A stretch of 50,201 nt of DNA, taken from the NCBI RefSeq assembly GCF_001194135.2, contig NC_068990.1, positions 71,929,915 through 71,980,115 of the forward strand, given 5' to 3'. The translations under genes were made by a program, and so were the position numbers. Under the pieces are notes generated by a model. It was not told the origin of the DNA and made no database searches. It saw only the letters and a program-made list of their open reading frames with translations. The stretch comes from Octopus bimaculoides. Taxonomy: Eukaryota. Below, one piece after another: positions 24,898 through 37,623 of the stretch (positions within the stretch are counted from its first letter, which is position 1; each line of letters starts with the position of its first letter).

Positions 24898-26523
24898 TAT
24901 TTGTGTGTGTGTGTGTTTATACGTGTGTGAGAGTGTATATGTTTGTGTCTCCTTGTCATGATATCATGTGATAGTTGTAAATGAGTATCAGTGTCATAGA
25001 AGCAGTGTTATTCATTTTCAATATTCTGCAAAAATATATCTGGCCATGGGGAAATATCATCTTGCTTGGAAACAGGTGGGGGATGGCTACATGAAGGGCA
25101 CCAGGCCATAGAAAATCTGCCTCAGTGAATTCTATCTGATCCATGCAAGCATGGAAAAAAATGGATGTTAAAATGATGGTATTAACAAATTTTTCTGAGT
25201 ATATAGAAGCAAATGAATTAATATTTGTTTAAAACAAAATAGATTACATAACAAGCTTCTGCAAATGTTAATTTACTCCTACATGCTTTACTAGATGTGG
25301 AATAAATATTCTTCCAGATAAGATGATAAACCTTTGTAGTTTAACTTCCCAAAGACTTCTTTTTTATCTTTTAGGCTTGGTGAACTGAAACAAGTAGATT
25401 TAACTGACCAGCTCAAAAACGCAAATTGAGATATACAGCAGAATAGCAGAATATGAATATGCAAAGTAATGTACCAAACATTCAGAATACATGAACCATT
25501 CTGTTATTTTGTCATATGTTACAGACAAAAAAAATCTTATTAGATGAAAGAAGTCTTGATATATATGGTAATCAATCAATATTGATTGCAAGTTTTCATT
25601 TATATTAGAAAGTTGCAGTCAAACCATTGTTTTGGGTTCTGTAGGCTATATTTGATTTCTTCATTTTCATTAACAATGGCATAGGAAAACATCTTATCAA
25701 AACAAATATGAAGCGATAAAAAAAAATGAATTAAATAAAACAAGAGAAAAGAAATAAAGGAATTGAAAATATAAATAGTATTTTTTTTATAAAAAGTTTA
25801 GCTGAAGAAAAATAAATAAACATTGAAATGAATCTTTTGATTTATAATTTTCATTTAGCAGCATCTGTGGTAGGAAATATATGATTTCTTTCTTTATTTT
25901 TTTTATCATTTATAAAAATTGTTTTCAATGATCATTGATATTTTCTAGTTCATGTAATAGTGGAAAATTAGATATATTAAAGTAGAGTTATTTATTTAAG
26001 ATTCTATTGCAGACAGTAAATGAAGTTATAATAATGTTTTGATATTTCATAGGCTGTTATACGTCAACCAATGGAATATAAGAATGTGGGGGCATATGCT
26101 GAGATGAATGTTTCTATTGTGCAGCCTATGATTGGTCTTAGCTTAATTATCCTAGCATACATCTCAACTACCTCAATTACTTTATCTATCTCTCGGCTAA
26201 CAGTATGCCTTACTCACCCTTACTGTCATTATTGCTCACCCAAAACAGTTTAAACTGCTGTTTTTTACCCACAAGGAATTTAGTTGAGGATAATTATATC
26301 CGGCATATAGAGTTGGATGCACTGAACAGCCACAGAGTATAGAGGTGAGTGGGGTTGTAACTAACCAGGAAAGAAAAGTAAAAGATAGATTTCCGGTATT
26401 GCATTTAAGGGTGCTTGCACACATATATATATATTAATATATAATATGTACCCATGCAAGTAGGGGACGACATTAAATGATGATGATGATAATATATCTA
26501 TATATATATGTATATATATATAT

Positions 26524-26603
<80 letters not shown>

Positions 26604-27923
26604 TTATAACTGCTCTGCTAAAATAACTGATCAATTAATTATCTCATGAAGGTGGCGAACTAGCAGAATCGTTAGCACAACAGGCAAATAAATTACTTAA
26701 TGGCATTTCATCCATCTTTATGTTCTGAGTTCAAATTACACAAGGCTGACTTTGCTTTTCATCCCTTTGTTGATAAAATAAGTAGAAGTTAATCACTGGG
26801 GTCAATGTAATCAACTTAGCCCCACCCCTGAAATTTCAAGCCTTGTGCCAAAATTTGAAACCAATTAATTATCTCATGGAAATAGAAGTAGTAGAGTTAA
26901 AAAATATATTCGAGAAAATATAGATTTTAAGTGTCTAGATTGAGATGTCCTGTAGTGTAAATGGTAATGTGGTGTACCTGACAACAATAAATGCATAGTT
27001 TGTCCTCTACTCAGCACTCTGTTTCTCTGTTCTCTTTCTAAATCAGTGCTTATAACACCTAATATTATTTTACATTGAACACCTTGATATCTAATTCATT
27101 TATGCAATCTATATTATTGCATTTATATCACTAATTAGCATCACCTTTATCACATTAAAACATCATACGATATTGCATCCCAGCCAAAAGCAAACAAAAA
27201 AAAAAACATGTATCCATGATGACTTTAAAGAAGTATATAAAAGTACTAAATTCATGCTGTGAAAATTTTATGTAAAATTTAATTTGTATTTTTTTCTATA
27301 TTTGTTTTGTCATTATAAACTGGAATGTTTGAAAATTGGACTTGTGTTTCAAGATCACATTTTTATCTGAATTCTTATACTCACACATGACTTTTATCTT
27401 TACCAAACCAAAGCAAGTAATGTGTCTAATATAAGTAATATTGTCACCCTTAGATCTTTACATCAACTTAATGGATGAACAAATAAAGATGTTTGTAGTG
27501 CGAGTGCTACAACTTCATAAGGTCAAAAAGGCTGGACAGCAAACTTTTGAAGATGCAAATAAGATTATAGTTCAATATGTATTGAAAGTAGTGACTGACT
27601 TCTCAAAGCGAAGTATTAGAAATCAGCAAATAACATATATTTGATATGGTGTTTGAATATATAAGTGAAGCTAGACAACTAGAGATCAAAGAAGCCTCAT
27701 TCCATTATCTTGCATTATAGAAATAGAAATCCTTATCATCGTATCTGTAGTTGAAAAATTAATATGAGATTCAGTTCAACATTTTATTCAATATTTAAAT
27801 TCAAGATTTTCTAAAAGAGACAACCAATTTTGTCTACTTACAGAATTTAACACAATCCCAAGAGTATGCTTCCTTGTTTTATATAAAAATAGAATTGTTA
27901 CACCAACTGTCTTTATCTCAAAC

Positions 27924-27957
<34 letters not shown>

Positions 27958-28265
27958 TTTAACATCAGCTTTCACAAGCTTTCATGGCCAGACAAGAATA
28001 CATTGTGACAGAGTTTTCTACCATCAGAGGTCCTGATGTTGCCCACTGTTCTTTCCAGTTGCGATATTAAATTTTGCAATATATCAAGCAACAAACAACC
28101 TAGATTTGGTTGCATGAAGAAGAGGAAAAAGAAAGCAATGCTGTCTGAATGAGCCTTTTGTTTACAACCAACAAAAACACAGGAAAACTAAGGAATATAT
28201 GAATTCACTCACAGAAAGACACTCACACACAAACTTATACATCTATCAGTCTTTCTGTCAGTCTT

Positions 28266-28318
<53 letters not shown>

Positions 28319-28327
28319 GTGTGTGTG

Positions 28328-28410
<83 letters not shown>

Positions 28411-28869
28411 NNNNNNNNNNNNNNNNNNNNNNNNNNNNNNNNNNNNNNNNNNNNNNNNNNNNNNNNNNNNNNNNNNNNNNNNNNNNNNNNNNNNNNNNNN
28501 NNNNNNNNNNNNNNNNNNNNNNNNNNNNNNNNNNNNNNNNNNNNNNNNNNNNNNNNNNNNNNNNNNNNNNNNNNNNNNNNNNNNNNNNNNNNNNNNNNNN
28601 NNNNNNNNNNNNNNNNNNNNNNNNNNNNNNNNNNNNNNNNNNNNNNNNNNNNNNNNNNNNNNNNNNNNNNNNNNNNNNNNNNNNNNNNNNNNNNNNNNNN
28701 NNNNNNNNNNNNNNNNNNNNNNNNNNNNNNNNNNNNNNNNNNNNNNNNNNNNNNNNNNNNNNNNNNNNNNNNNNNNNNNNNNNNNNNNNNNNNNNNNNNN
28801 NNNNNNNNNNNNNNNNNNNNNNNNNNNNNNNNNNNNNNNNNNTTTACATTACATTACATTAATCCTATT

Positions 28870-28918
28870 TCAGCCAGAGTTCTTTCGTCACACTTCTGTG
28901 ACCTCATCAGTGGTCTGA
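28870..28918 (-). ncRNA. Type I hammerhead ribozyme with intact catalytic core
   Basis: TCAG-A-CCA|CTGATGA|G|GTCACA-GAAG-TGTGAC|GAAA|G-AA-C|TC|TGG-CTGA. Stem I has 7 bp plus a bulge, stem II has 6 bp, stem III is minimal, and the cleavage triplet is CUC. Confidence 0.75.
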
Positions 28919-28947
28919 TGATATATATATATATATATATATATACA

Positions 28948-29598
28948 ATGGGCTTCTTTCAGTCCCCATCTACCAAATCCACTCACAGAGCTTTGGTTGG
29001 CCTGAGGCTACCGTAGAAGACACTTACCTCCAGTGCCATGCAGTGCGACTAAACCTGGAACTATGTAGCTGGGAAGCAAGCTTCTTATTTCTTTATTGCC
29101 CACAAGGGGCTAAACATAGAAGGGACAAACAAGGGGGTTAAATCGATTACGTCGACCCCAGTGTGTAAATGGTACTTAATTGGTCGACCCCGAAAGGATG
29201 AAAGGCAAAGTCGACCTCGGTGGAATTTGAACTCAGAACATAACGGCAGACGAAATATCGCTAAGCATTTCGCCTGGCAGGCTAACATTTCTGCCAGCTC
29301 GCTGCCTTACCACACAACCACAACTGGGTTTTCAGTTTCTATTTACCATATCCACTCAGAATGCTTTTGTTGGCCTGAGGCTACGTAGAAGATACTTGCT
29401 CACGGTGCCACACAGTGGGACTGAAACTGCAGTGATGTGGCTGGGAAGCAAGCTTCTTACCACACAACCACACCTGGGCTTTCAGTTTTTATTTATCATA
29501 TCTATTCAGAACGCTTTTGTCGGCCTGAGGTTTCAGTAGAAGACACTTGCTCATGGTGTCATGCAGTGAGAGTGTACCTGAAACCATTTGGTTCAAAA

Positions 29599-29605
<7 letters not shown>
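28948..29605 (-). mobile_element. Tandem trimer of family B SINE heads with a young family A SINE inserted (29086-29307)
   Basis: Three repeats of TTCAGT...GGCCTGAGG.TA..GTAGAAGA.ACTTGC.... The CpG-rich A copy interrupts GCTTC-TTA-CCACAC with a TTA duplication. Confidence 0.8.
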
Positions 29606-29645
<40 letters not shown>

Positions 29646-30039
29646 TTAGGGAAAAGAACCAGGGTTCTGTAAAGCTCAATTTAATTTTAATTTTTTATAA
29701 ATTGATTTTAATTGAGTTTTTACCTGTAATTTTGGATTTTGTCCCTAATATTATTATATATATATATATATATATTATCTTACTATGTGAGACCTTGGGT
29801 AGTATAATTACCATAGCTTGAGGTAACCGAAGCATTGAGTGAATTCAGGTAGACAGAAACAATTAGTGAAGTTGTCAGCTTCTAATAGAAATAATTACTT
29901 CACTACTTGTACTCACTTTTCTCCTTGTTTGCAAATTTATTTTCTACTTTGTCAAAACACCGACAGATATATTCATAGACATGCACTCCTCCCCCCACCA
30001 TACACACACATGCAGATATTAGTCTGTTCCATTGTATGC

Positions 30040-32010
30040 TGCTCATCAGTCCACCCATGCCCATCACGACTGTATCTGGGTTTTCAGTTGTTATTTTTGC
30101 CAGATTTAAGATAAATCTTTTTAGACCACTTTGTCATGTCAAGTTTGGTCTTTTACCTTTCTTAAAGATTTCCCCTTCGGTGCTTCATTCAGTATACTTC
30201 CACCAGCACTCAGTCTCAATATATGATCCAAGTACCTTAACCTTCTTATTCTCAGATTTATCCTTAATTCCTTCTATTTTATTCCTCAGAGTATCTCTGC
30301 ATTGGTGATTTGATCTCACATACAAAATACTGACTGTTTTTCCCTTTGATGGAATACATTCAGTCTTTTCCTCATTGCTTTTATATAGTTACCAAGATTC
30401 ACTGCCATATTGAAGAACAGACAATCACATTGAACTACAGGCTGGAATTTTAGTTGCTTTACTTATGATTGTTTTCTTTCTTTCTTTCTTTTTTGTTTCT
30501 GTTTTCAAATCTTAGCAATCTGGCCAAATTTTGTCTCAATTTTTTTCGAACAATGAATTGGCATCTCTACCACAGCCTCCATCAGTACACATTATACCAC
30601 ACAAATAGATTAAATTGGATGTATATTTTTTTAAGATTTCACCATTTATTATGACCTTGGAGCCCTCTTGATGTTGGACATTCATATTTTTCACTTTTTT
30701 TTTTTTGCATTAAAGCAGCTAAGTTTTTTCACTGCAGTCTTCACAGAGTTCATACAGTTGTATGGGGAATCTGTACACCTCCAAAATTGGCTAAGTAAAC
30801 TATACTAGTTAGTATAAATAAGTATGCACAGAGCAGCCCGAGAAGAGTGTCATATGCACAGTCATAGTGTACAGGTTGTAGGAGTTATTGAATAGAGATA
30901 TCGTGGAGTGTTTGTTGAAGATACACAGTTGGAGAGTAATAAGAAGACATCAGGAACATTTGGTATTATAACAGTTCAGATATAACAGTGACGACGAGCA
31001 GTTGTACATCATATCACAAACTTGCTTCATTTTTTTTTTCTGTCAACACAATAACACTGGTAAACTCCAAATCATATAACATCTTATTATTGTCACAAAC
31101 GTGTCAGTGTCTTTGATCAACCTGCCTCAGTTCAAAATCTATAACAAGAGTGAAATGGGAATGGCGTAATGACACAGCATTGTCTAATATCTAACACCAA
31201 TTTTAACAACAAAACACTCTGTCATTCCCACACTACCCTATACATGTTCAGATATTTCATACTTTCTAATGATTTTGCCACATAACATTGCTGTTTATCT
31301 TGTTGAAAAGTTTCTGGAAATCAATAAAGTTATTGGCTACAGTTGACTTATAATTGTTGGTGTTTTCAATTAGCCATTATAACACACAAAAAAGGATATT
31401 AGGACATAAGAGCTTTCCACCACCACAACCGCCGCCACCACCACCACCACCACCACCGCCACCGCTGCCACCAGTGCCAGAAGTAGACAACATGAGATAT
31501 GGCTCATCATCAGGGAGGTTGCACCACTAAAAAGAAAAATTCAGGTAATTTTTCATTAGGCATTCAATTCAGAGAATTGTGCAGGTCACAGTTTGCCCAT
31601 TACTACTCTAGACACTTATCATTTTCACATTTTACAAATACACTTCTACTGCTACATCCACATTATGACAACTGCTTGAATACTCTTTATATACTTCTTG
31701 AATCAATTATTGCAGTCTCACTTGCTCTCGTTTATGCCTGGCCTTCAAGCCACTTTTCTTTATCTTTTCAGCTATATTTCTTCTCTGTCCTGTGTTTTTA
31801 TGCTACTTTTTAGTATCTTATTTGTTATCTCTTCTTAACTTTCTGTTCTTATCACTTATCTGCAGCATCCAATGTCTCTGTCTATATCCACTGGTCAACA
31901 TATTATGCTATTTTTCTTCCTAATCTATTTTTAGCTGTCCCTGTAGTAATGTGTTTTTTTCAATTTATTCCAATACTGATCTATATCATGCTTTTCATGC
32001 ACCATAGCAA
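30040..32010 (-). mobile_element. Heavily decayed RTE-clade LINE (linker plus reverse transcriptase)
   Basis: Translated fragments RKDKEKWLEGQA, NNFIDFQKLFNKINSNVMW, KVIINGEILKKYTSNLIYLCG..TDGGCGRD, LSVLQYGSESW and DQITNAEIL occur in RT order. Confidence 0.75.
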
Positions 32011-32028
32011 TTCTTGAGGTTTAGGCTG

Positions 32029-32087
<59 letters not shown>

Positions 32088-32480
32088 CTTATATACAATT
32101 GAAAACCAAGAGGAGAGTGGAGATTTAAGCAACAAAAAGAATGGCTTGGCTTGCTGTCTAAAACTGGCTAAAATTACCCAAACTTTGCGAACTTTAAAAG
32201 CTATTAACTCTTTATTTATTGATTTATAGTGAAAATGAAATTCATGTCAATGATTAACTTACAAAAATATATCAATACACCAAATATGAAATCAAATGGA
32301 ACAAAAATTGAAGAAATTGAAACGTGGCAGCCAAACAGAAAAGATCCAGGACATCCAGTTGAAGAAACGATGCCAAAACAAACACAGAAGCCTGGTAGAA
32401 TCTGGCTGGCCAGCTCCTGTTGTTCTGTGTAATATATGCCAGCATGGAAAATGGATATAAAATGATGATGTGATGATATA

Positions 32481-32755
32481 TGAGGGGGTCCTGAAAAGTT
32501 CCTTTTTTTAAGGATCTTGTGAAAGGCCTGGCTGGAGGCTCAACATTCTGAGTTCTTTTATAGGGCTTAGAAAAGCTGAAGGACCACTGCAATAAGTCTG
32601 TGAATCTGAGAAGGGAATATGNNNNNNNNNNAGAAAAGCTGAAGGACCACTGCAATAAGTCTGTGAATCTGAGAAGGGAATATCATAACTTTGGGTAAAA
32701 GAAAATACATGAGGATAAGTTATGATTTTATTCAGGAACTTTAGAGCACCCCCTC

Positions 32756-32756
<1 letters not shown>
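32481..32756 (+). mobile_element. Mariner-derived non-autonomous element
   Basis: TA|TGAGGGGGTCCTGAAAAGTTCC ... GGAACTTTAGAGCACCCCCTCA|TA. Internal GLEKLKDHCNKSVNLRREY resembles a mariner C-terminus. Confidence 0.8.
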
Positions 32757-32788
<32 letters not shown>

Positions 32789-33199
32789 TGTATGTATGTA
32801 TGTATGTATGTGTGTGTGTGTGTGTATGTATGTATGCATGCATACATGNNNNNNNNNNGTGTGTGTGTATGTATGTATGCATGCATACATGCATGCATGT
32901 ATGTATGTATGTATGTATGTATGTATGTATCTATCTATATATCTATCTATCTCTCTCTATATATAAATATATATTCTTTGTCTTATAAGTTACTTGGTCA
33001 CCCTGTCAGTGCTGGTACCATGTAAAAAGTGGTCTGTCCACTCTGCAGGGTGGTTGGTGTTAGGAAGGGCATCCAGTTGTAAAAGCCATGCCAAAACAGA
33101 CACAGTAGCCTGGGGTAGTCTTCTACCAGACCGGCTCCTATCTGTCCAACCCATGCCAGCATGGAAGAGAGATGTTAAAATATGATGAGGATGACGATG

Positions 33200-33258
<59 letters not shown>

Positions 33259-33779
33259 CATATGTCTTTTTGTTTGTATGCATGAATATGTATGTAAGCA
33301 TGTATATAGACAGAAATGAATAAATGAGTGAATGGAAAAGTAGTACCACCTGTCGAGGGAAACAAATGCAATGCAACTAAACACTTGAGGACAACCAGTC
33401 CAGCCATTCAGAATGACTCACCAATTATAATCAGTTCTATAGAATATCCAGCTACCTATCATCCAAAGCAGCAATAACAACAGCAACAACAACAAAAATT
33501 AGAAGAACTGCAAAAAATATCTAAAATTTTCAATATTTTCCCGCAATAGACAAAAGCAGAAACCAATTTCTTCACATATACAAGAAATTATTCCTACTGT
33601 GTCAACATTCTAATTATGAATTAAAGCATAGCCTAGAGTTTCTTCTTCTTCTTCTTCTCCTCCCCTCCTCCCCTCCTCCCCTCGGGGTCGATAAATTAAG
33701 TACCAGTTGCATACTGGGTCGATCTAATCGACTGACTCCCTTCCTCGAAATTTCAGGCCTTGTGCCTTTAGCAGAAAGG

Positions 33780-33833
<54 letters not shown>

Positions 33834-34367
33834 GGTTGGCATCATTTAAAATTAACTTCTTATGACAACTTCGAACAAAGAAATCTTCAGTCATAGTTCT
33901 GAAGCTGCCGTATTAATCCAATAAGATGTTTTTATGAGTGAAATAATGGTGTATGCTTGTTTGTTTTTTGTTTGTGTTTTTTTTTATTTCTTGTATTATT
34001 ATAATGTTCCTGATAATTCCCTCCAGATTAGTGTTCTATTTACTAGATTAGTATTCTATTTACTAAATGAATTCTCTAATATAGAAATGTTTGAGAAACC
34101 ATACAATGCCCTCTCACAAACAGATTGCTTTTTAGATTATTATTATGTATTTACACCCAAGAGTTATGTGTGAATTTTCACTGCACTTTCCAATGAACTT
34201 CTGTGCTTCTGAACTATATGCAGCATTTATCTATTTTATTTTGAAAGTGTAGGATTGTATTTGTATGCTATATATATTGTTTGTTTGTTGTTGTAATAGA
34301 TGATGTCATTGCAATTATTGCTGTATTTGTTGTTGCATCATCATCATCATCATCATCATTATTACGG

Positions 34368-35795
34368 CAATGAGCTGGCAGAATCATTAGCACATGGGGC
34401 TAAAGGCTCAGCAGTATTTCGTCTGTCTTCACATTCTGAATTCAAATTCTGCCGAGGTTGATTTTGCCTTTCATCTTTTCGGGGCCAATAAATTAAGTAC
34501 CAGTGAAACACTGGGGGCGACGTAATTGACTAGTCCCCTACCCTAAAAATGGCTGCCCTTGTGGCAAAATTTGAAACCATTGTTATTATTATTATTGAGT
34601 AAGGTGGTGAGCTTGCAGAAGTGTTAGTACATTGGGCAAGATGCTAAGCGACATTTCGTTCATCTTTATGTTCTGAGTTCAAATTCCACCAAGGCTGACT
34701 TTACCTTTCATCCTTTTAGGGTTGAAAAATAAAGTACCAGTTGAGTACTGGGGTCGATGTAATCGACAGCCCCCTCTCCCAAAATTTAAGACTTTGTACC
34801 TTTAGTTGATCGGATTATTATTATTATTGAGTGAGAGAGCAGTGCATGCATTCAAAGTGACACTGAGGTAAAATGTACGAAACCCATCATGATTACCTGT
34901 CTGATAAGGGTACACCAGGCATATGCATCACAACAATATGTGTGTGACTCTCATATTAAGATAAACAGCACATGACCTTGCAGGTGGGATTCAGTTAGAA
35001 TTTTCTTCATGTTGAGTAGCGCATTCCACTCAACAGGTTCCTGAGTAAAGGCTGTTTAAGGATGTTGGATGAAACATTCATGTTTCTAGAGGTGAATTAT
35101 TCAAACTCCAAAGAATTCCTCTGAACACATGGCTATAATGCTCCCCCACTACTCCTGCTTGTGATCGGAGATGCACATATCATCAACTACTAAGGGACAT
35201 GCTCAACTGGTTAAGGTCAAGCAACTGACTAGAAAATCTGTGGTATTGAGCAGAGTATTTGCTGTAGCCCGTCTTTTACACCAAAACAAAACATGTGCAT
35301 GATAACACTTCCAATCAGTTAAGATCAGAATTATTATTATTGTTGTTGTTGTTGTTGTTGTTGAGGCAGTGAACTGGCAGAATTGTTACCAAGCTGGGCA
35401 AAATGCTTAGCAGTATTTTTCCCATCACTATGTTTTGAGTTCAAATTCTGTCAAAGTTGATTTTGCCTTTCATCCTTTTATAGGTCAATAAATTAAGTAC
35501 CAGTGAAACACTGGGGTCGATGTCATCAACAAGTACCCTCCCCACAAATTTCAGGCCTTGTGCCTTTAGTAAAAAGGATTATTGTTGTTGTTGTTATTAC
35601 AATTATTAAGGTGGCAAGCTGGCAGAATCATTAGCATGTCTGTATGTTCTGAGTTCAAATTCCACCTAGGTCAACCTTGCCTTTCATCTGTTCAAGGTTG
35701 ATAAAATAAGTACCAGTTTAGTACTGGGGGTCATCATAACTGACAACCTCACCCAGCAAATTTTAGGCCTTGAACCTATAGTAGAAAGAATTATT
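34368..35795. mobile_element. SINE pile-up: A, A, D (opposite strand), A, A, separated by (ATT)n/(GTT)n
   Basis: Family A cores at ~34368, 34601, 35365 and 35609; family D at 34829-35332. Confidence 0.85.
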
Positions 35796-35886
35796 ATTGT
35801 TGTTGTTTACATTTTCACTGACATTAATGGAAAAATTATGTTTGATCTTGGGCCAGTAAAATTTCCAAATTTTTCATGGTTTTCAC

Positions 35887-36037
35887 CCAGACTGGGATGC
35901 TCTTTTGTTAACATACATTGTCACTTTATACATTAGGGATGAGCCTACTTCATTTTGGTGAATTTTCCCATTTTGCCGAATTCTTTTAGTCATGGGTATC
36001 ACTCTGATAAGTTTGTATTTGTAAAATTGCCAGTTTT
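35887..36037 (-). CDS. Candidate internal coding exon of an unidentified gene (151 nt, phase 1 to 2)
   Basis: Long poly-pyrimidine tract then CACCAG|, and donor GG|GTGAAA. The only open frame reads (E)NWQFYKYKLIRVIPMTKRIRQNGKIHQNEVGSSLMYKVTMYVNKRASQSG. Confidence 0.35.
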
Positions 36038-36263
36038 CTGGTGTGAAAAAAAAACAAAAACAAAAACAACACAAACTCCCCCCCCCCACACCAAAGAAAC
36101 CACAAACAAATTTAGAAACATGGATCAGTGTGAAGAAATAATAATATTCATTGAAAATGAAAGTAACATACAAAAAGTGAAAGCGTGTTCAATTGATATA
36201 TATAGAGAGAGAGGCAGATATATGAACGTGTCAAGTGTTGGCTTTATTAGAAACAGCAGTGTT

Positions 36264-36277
36264 GTATCCATGGCAAC
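36264..36277. promoter_or_regulatory. RFX X-box consensus match
   Basis: GTATCCATGGCAAC fits GTHNYY-AT-RRNAAC and lies in a TE-free stretch. Confidence 0.45.
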
Positions 36278-36471
36278 CACAGACGACATCAGAAAGGAAG
36301 AAAAAAATTGGTGTCACTTGCTTCAAATCAACTCACAAATTCTTAAGAAAAATATCAACTACAATGACAATAACAATAACTGTTGTGACAACAACAACAA
36401 CAGCAATATGAACAAGTTAAACTCCAACACCAACCACAATAGTAATGACAGCCGCCCCAGTATGATTTGCA
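36270..36471 (+). CDS. Candidate first coding exon, Asn-rich, unidentified
   Basis: ATG (inside the X-box) opens MATTDDIRKEEKNWCHLLQ...NDSRPSMIC up to a strong donor A|GTAAGG. Part of the longest gap-free ORF (35955-36524). Confidence 0.25.
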
Positions 36472-37623
36472 GTAAGGACAACAAGAATATAGCATCCATT
36501 AACAACATAATAGAAGCAAGCTGATTTGCAAGTGTTATACATCTATTGTAGGCAGGACTTACTCTTGGCAGGGAGTTCAGTGAGGCAGACAGATACTAAT
36601 AAAAGTAAATTTCCTAGCCATACCTCTAGGAGAGAAAAAAAGATTAGAAGAACCCTAATCTATAGATGCAGTAGTATAAACCCTGTTGACAATATGTCCC
36701 ATCACTCCTCTAAAAACCAGTGAAATAAAAATCCTTTACTTGAGAAGCTAGTAAAGGTTGGTGACAGGCAGGGTACCCAGCTGTAAAATGTAACTTCAAA
36801 AGGATTTCATGTAACTCATGCTAGCATTGAGAAATGAATGAAGAACTAATAAATGTCATATATACAGAAACACATATGGCTATACTCCATACACATGTGC
36901 ACAAACACACAAACACACACACACACACACACTCACACACGCACGCTCGCGCGCGCGCACACTCTCACACACACACACACACACACACGCACACACACAC
37001 ACACGTCTTAAACTTTTTCTATCCAAAAGATCTTTTAACCCAATTTTATATGCTATTATTTGTAGCTTCATCTTTGAATTCAACTGTTAAAAATGAATTA
37101 TTTCATGTGCCTAGAAGTTTCTTATGATGTAAACAATATGTCTCATATATTTGTCAATAGAATGGGTATATTAATCAAAGTATACATTTTTATAGATCCA
37201 TTTCTGTCAATCTTATCAATCAATTTACACACTGGACATTAGATAACAAGATATTAGATAACAGAGCAGTTATCTAAAAACCATATGTCTCACAGTGGCA
37301 GATATGAGAAAAAAAAAAAAACCCTGTGAATAGCACGTAGTTTTAGCTGACCATCCTGTATTCTAATACCTGGCATGAAACTGATTGGTTAGTTAGTTGA
37401 AATGGATCTATAATACTGTATACTTTGATTAAAATAAACACACACACACACATGTATCAAATCATTGCAGAAAATGCACATGCTTGTTTAAAAAACAACA
37501 CTACAGAATTATAGTTCTTAAATCTAATGGGAAGAAGTGAATGGGTATGTTGATGTAATGATAGCACACTTATTGTGAATATATAGAGTGTGAGTTTGAG
37601 TCCTATGCATACAGAAAACTCAC

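Noticed and set aside
32567-32682. ~53-bp direct repeat around a 10-N gap; a similar one occurs at 38900-38995
   Set aside because: Identical sequence on both sides of a short gap is typical of unmerged contig overlaps.
33934-34173. ORF containing EMFEKPYNALSQTDCFLDYYYVFTPK; similar isolated candidates at 20683-20705 and 23568-23707
   Set aside because: No homology recognised and no consistent exon chain. Chance splice signals are common in AT-rich DNA.
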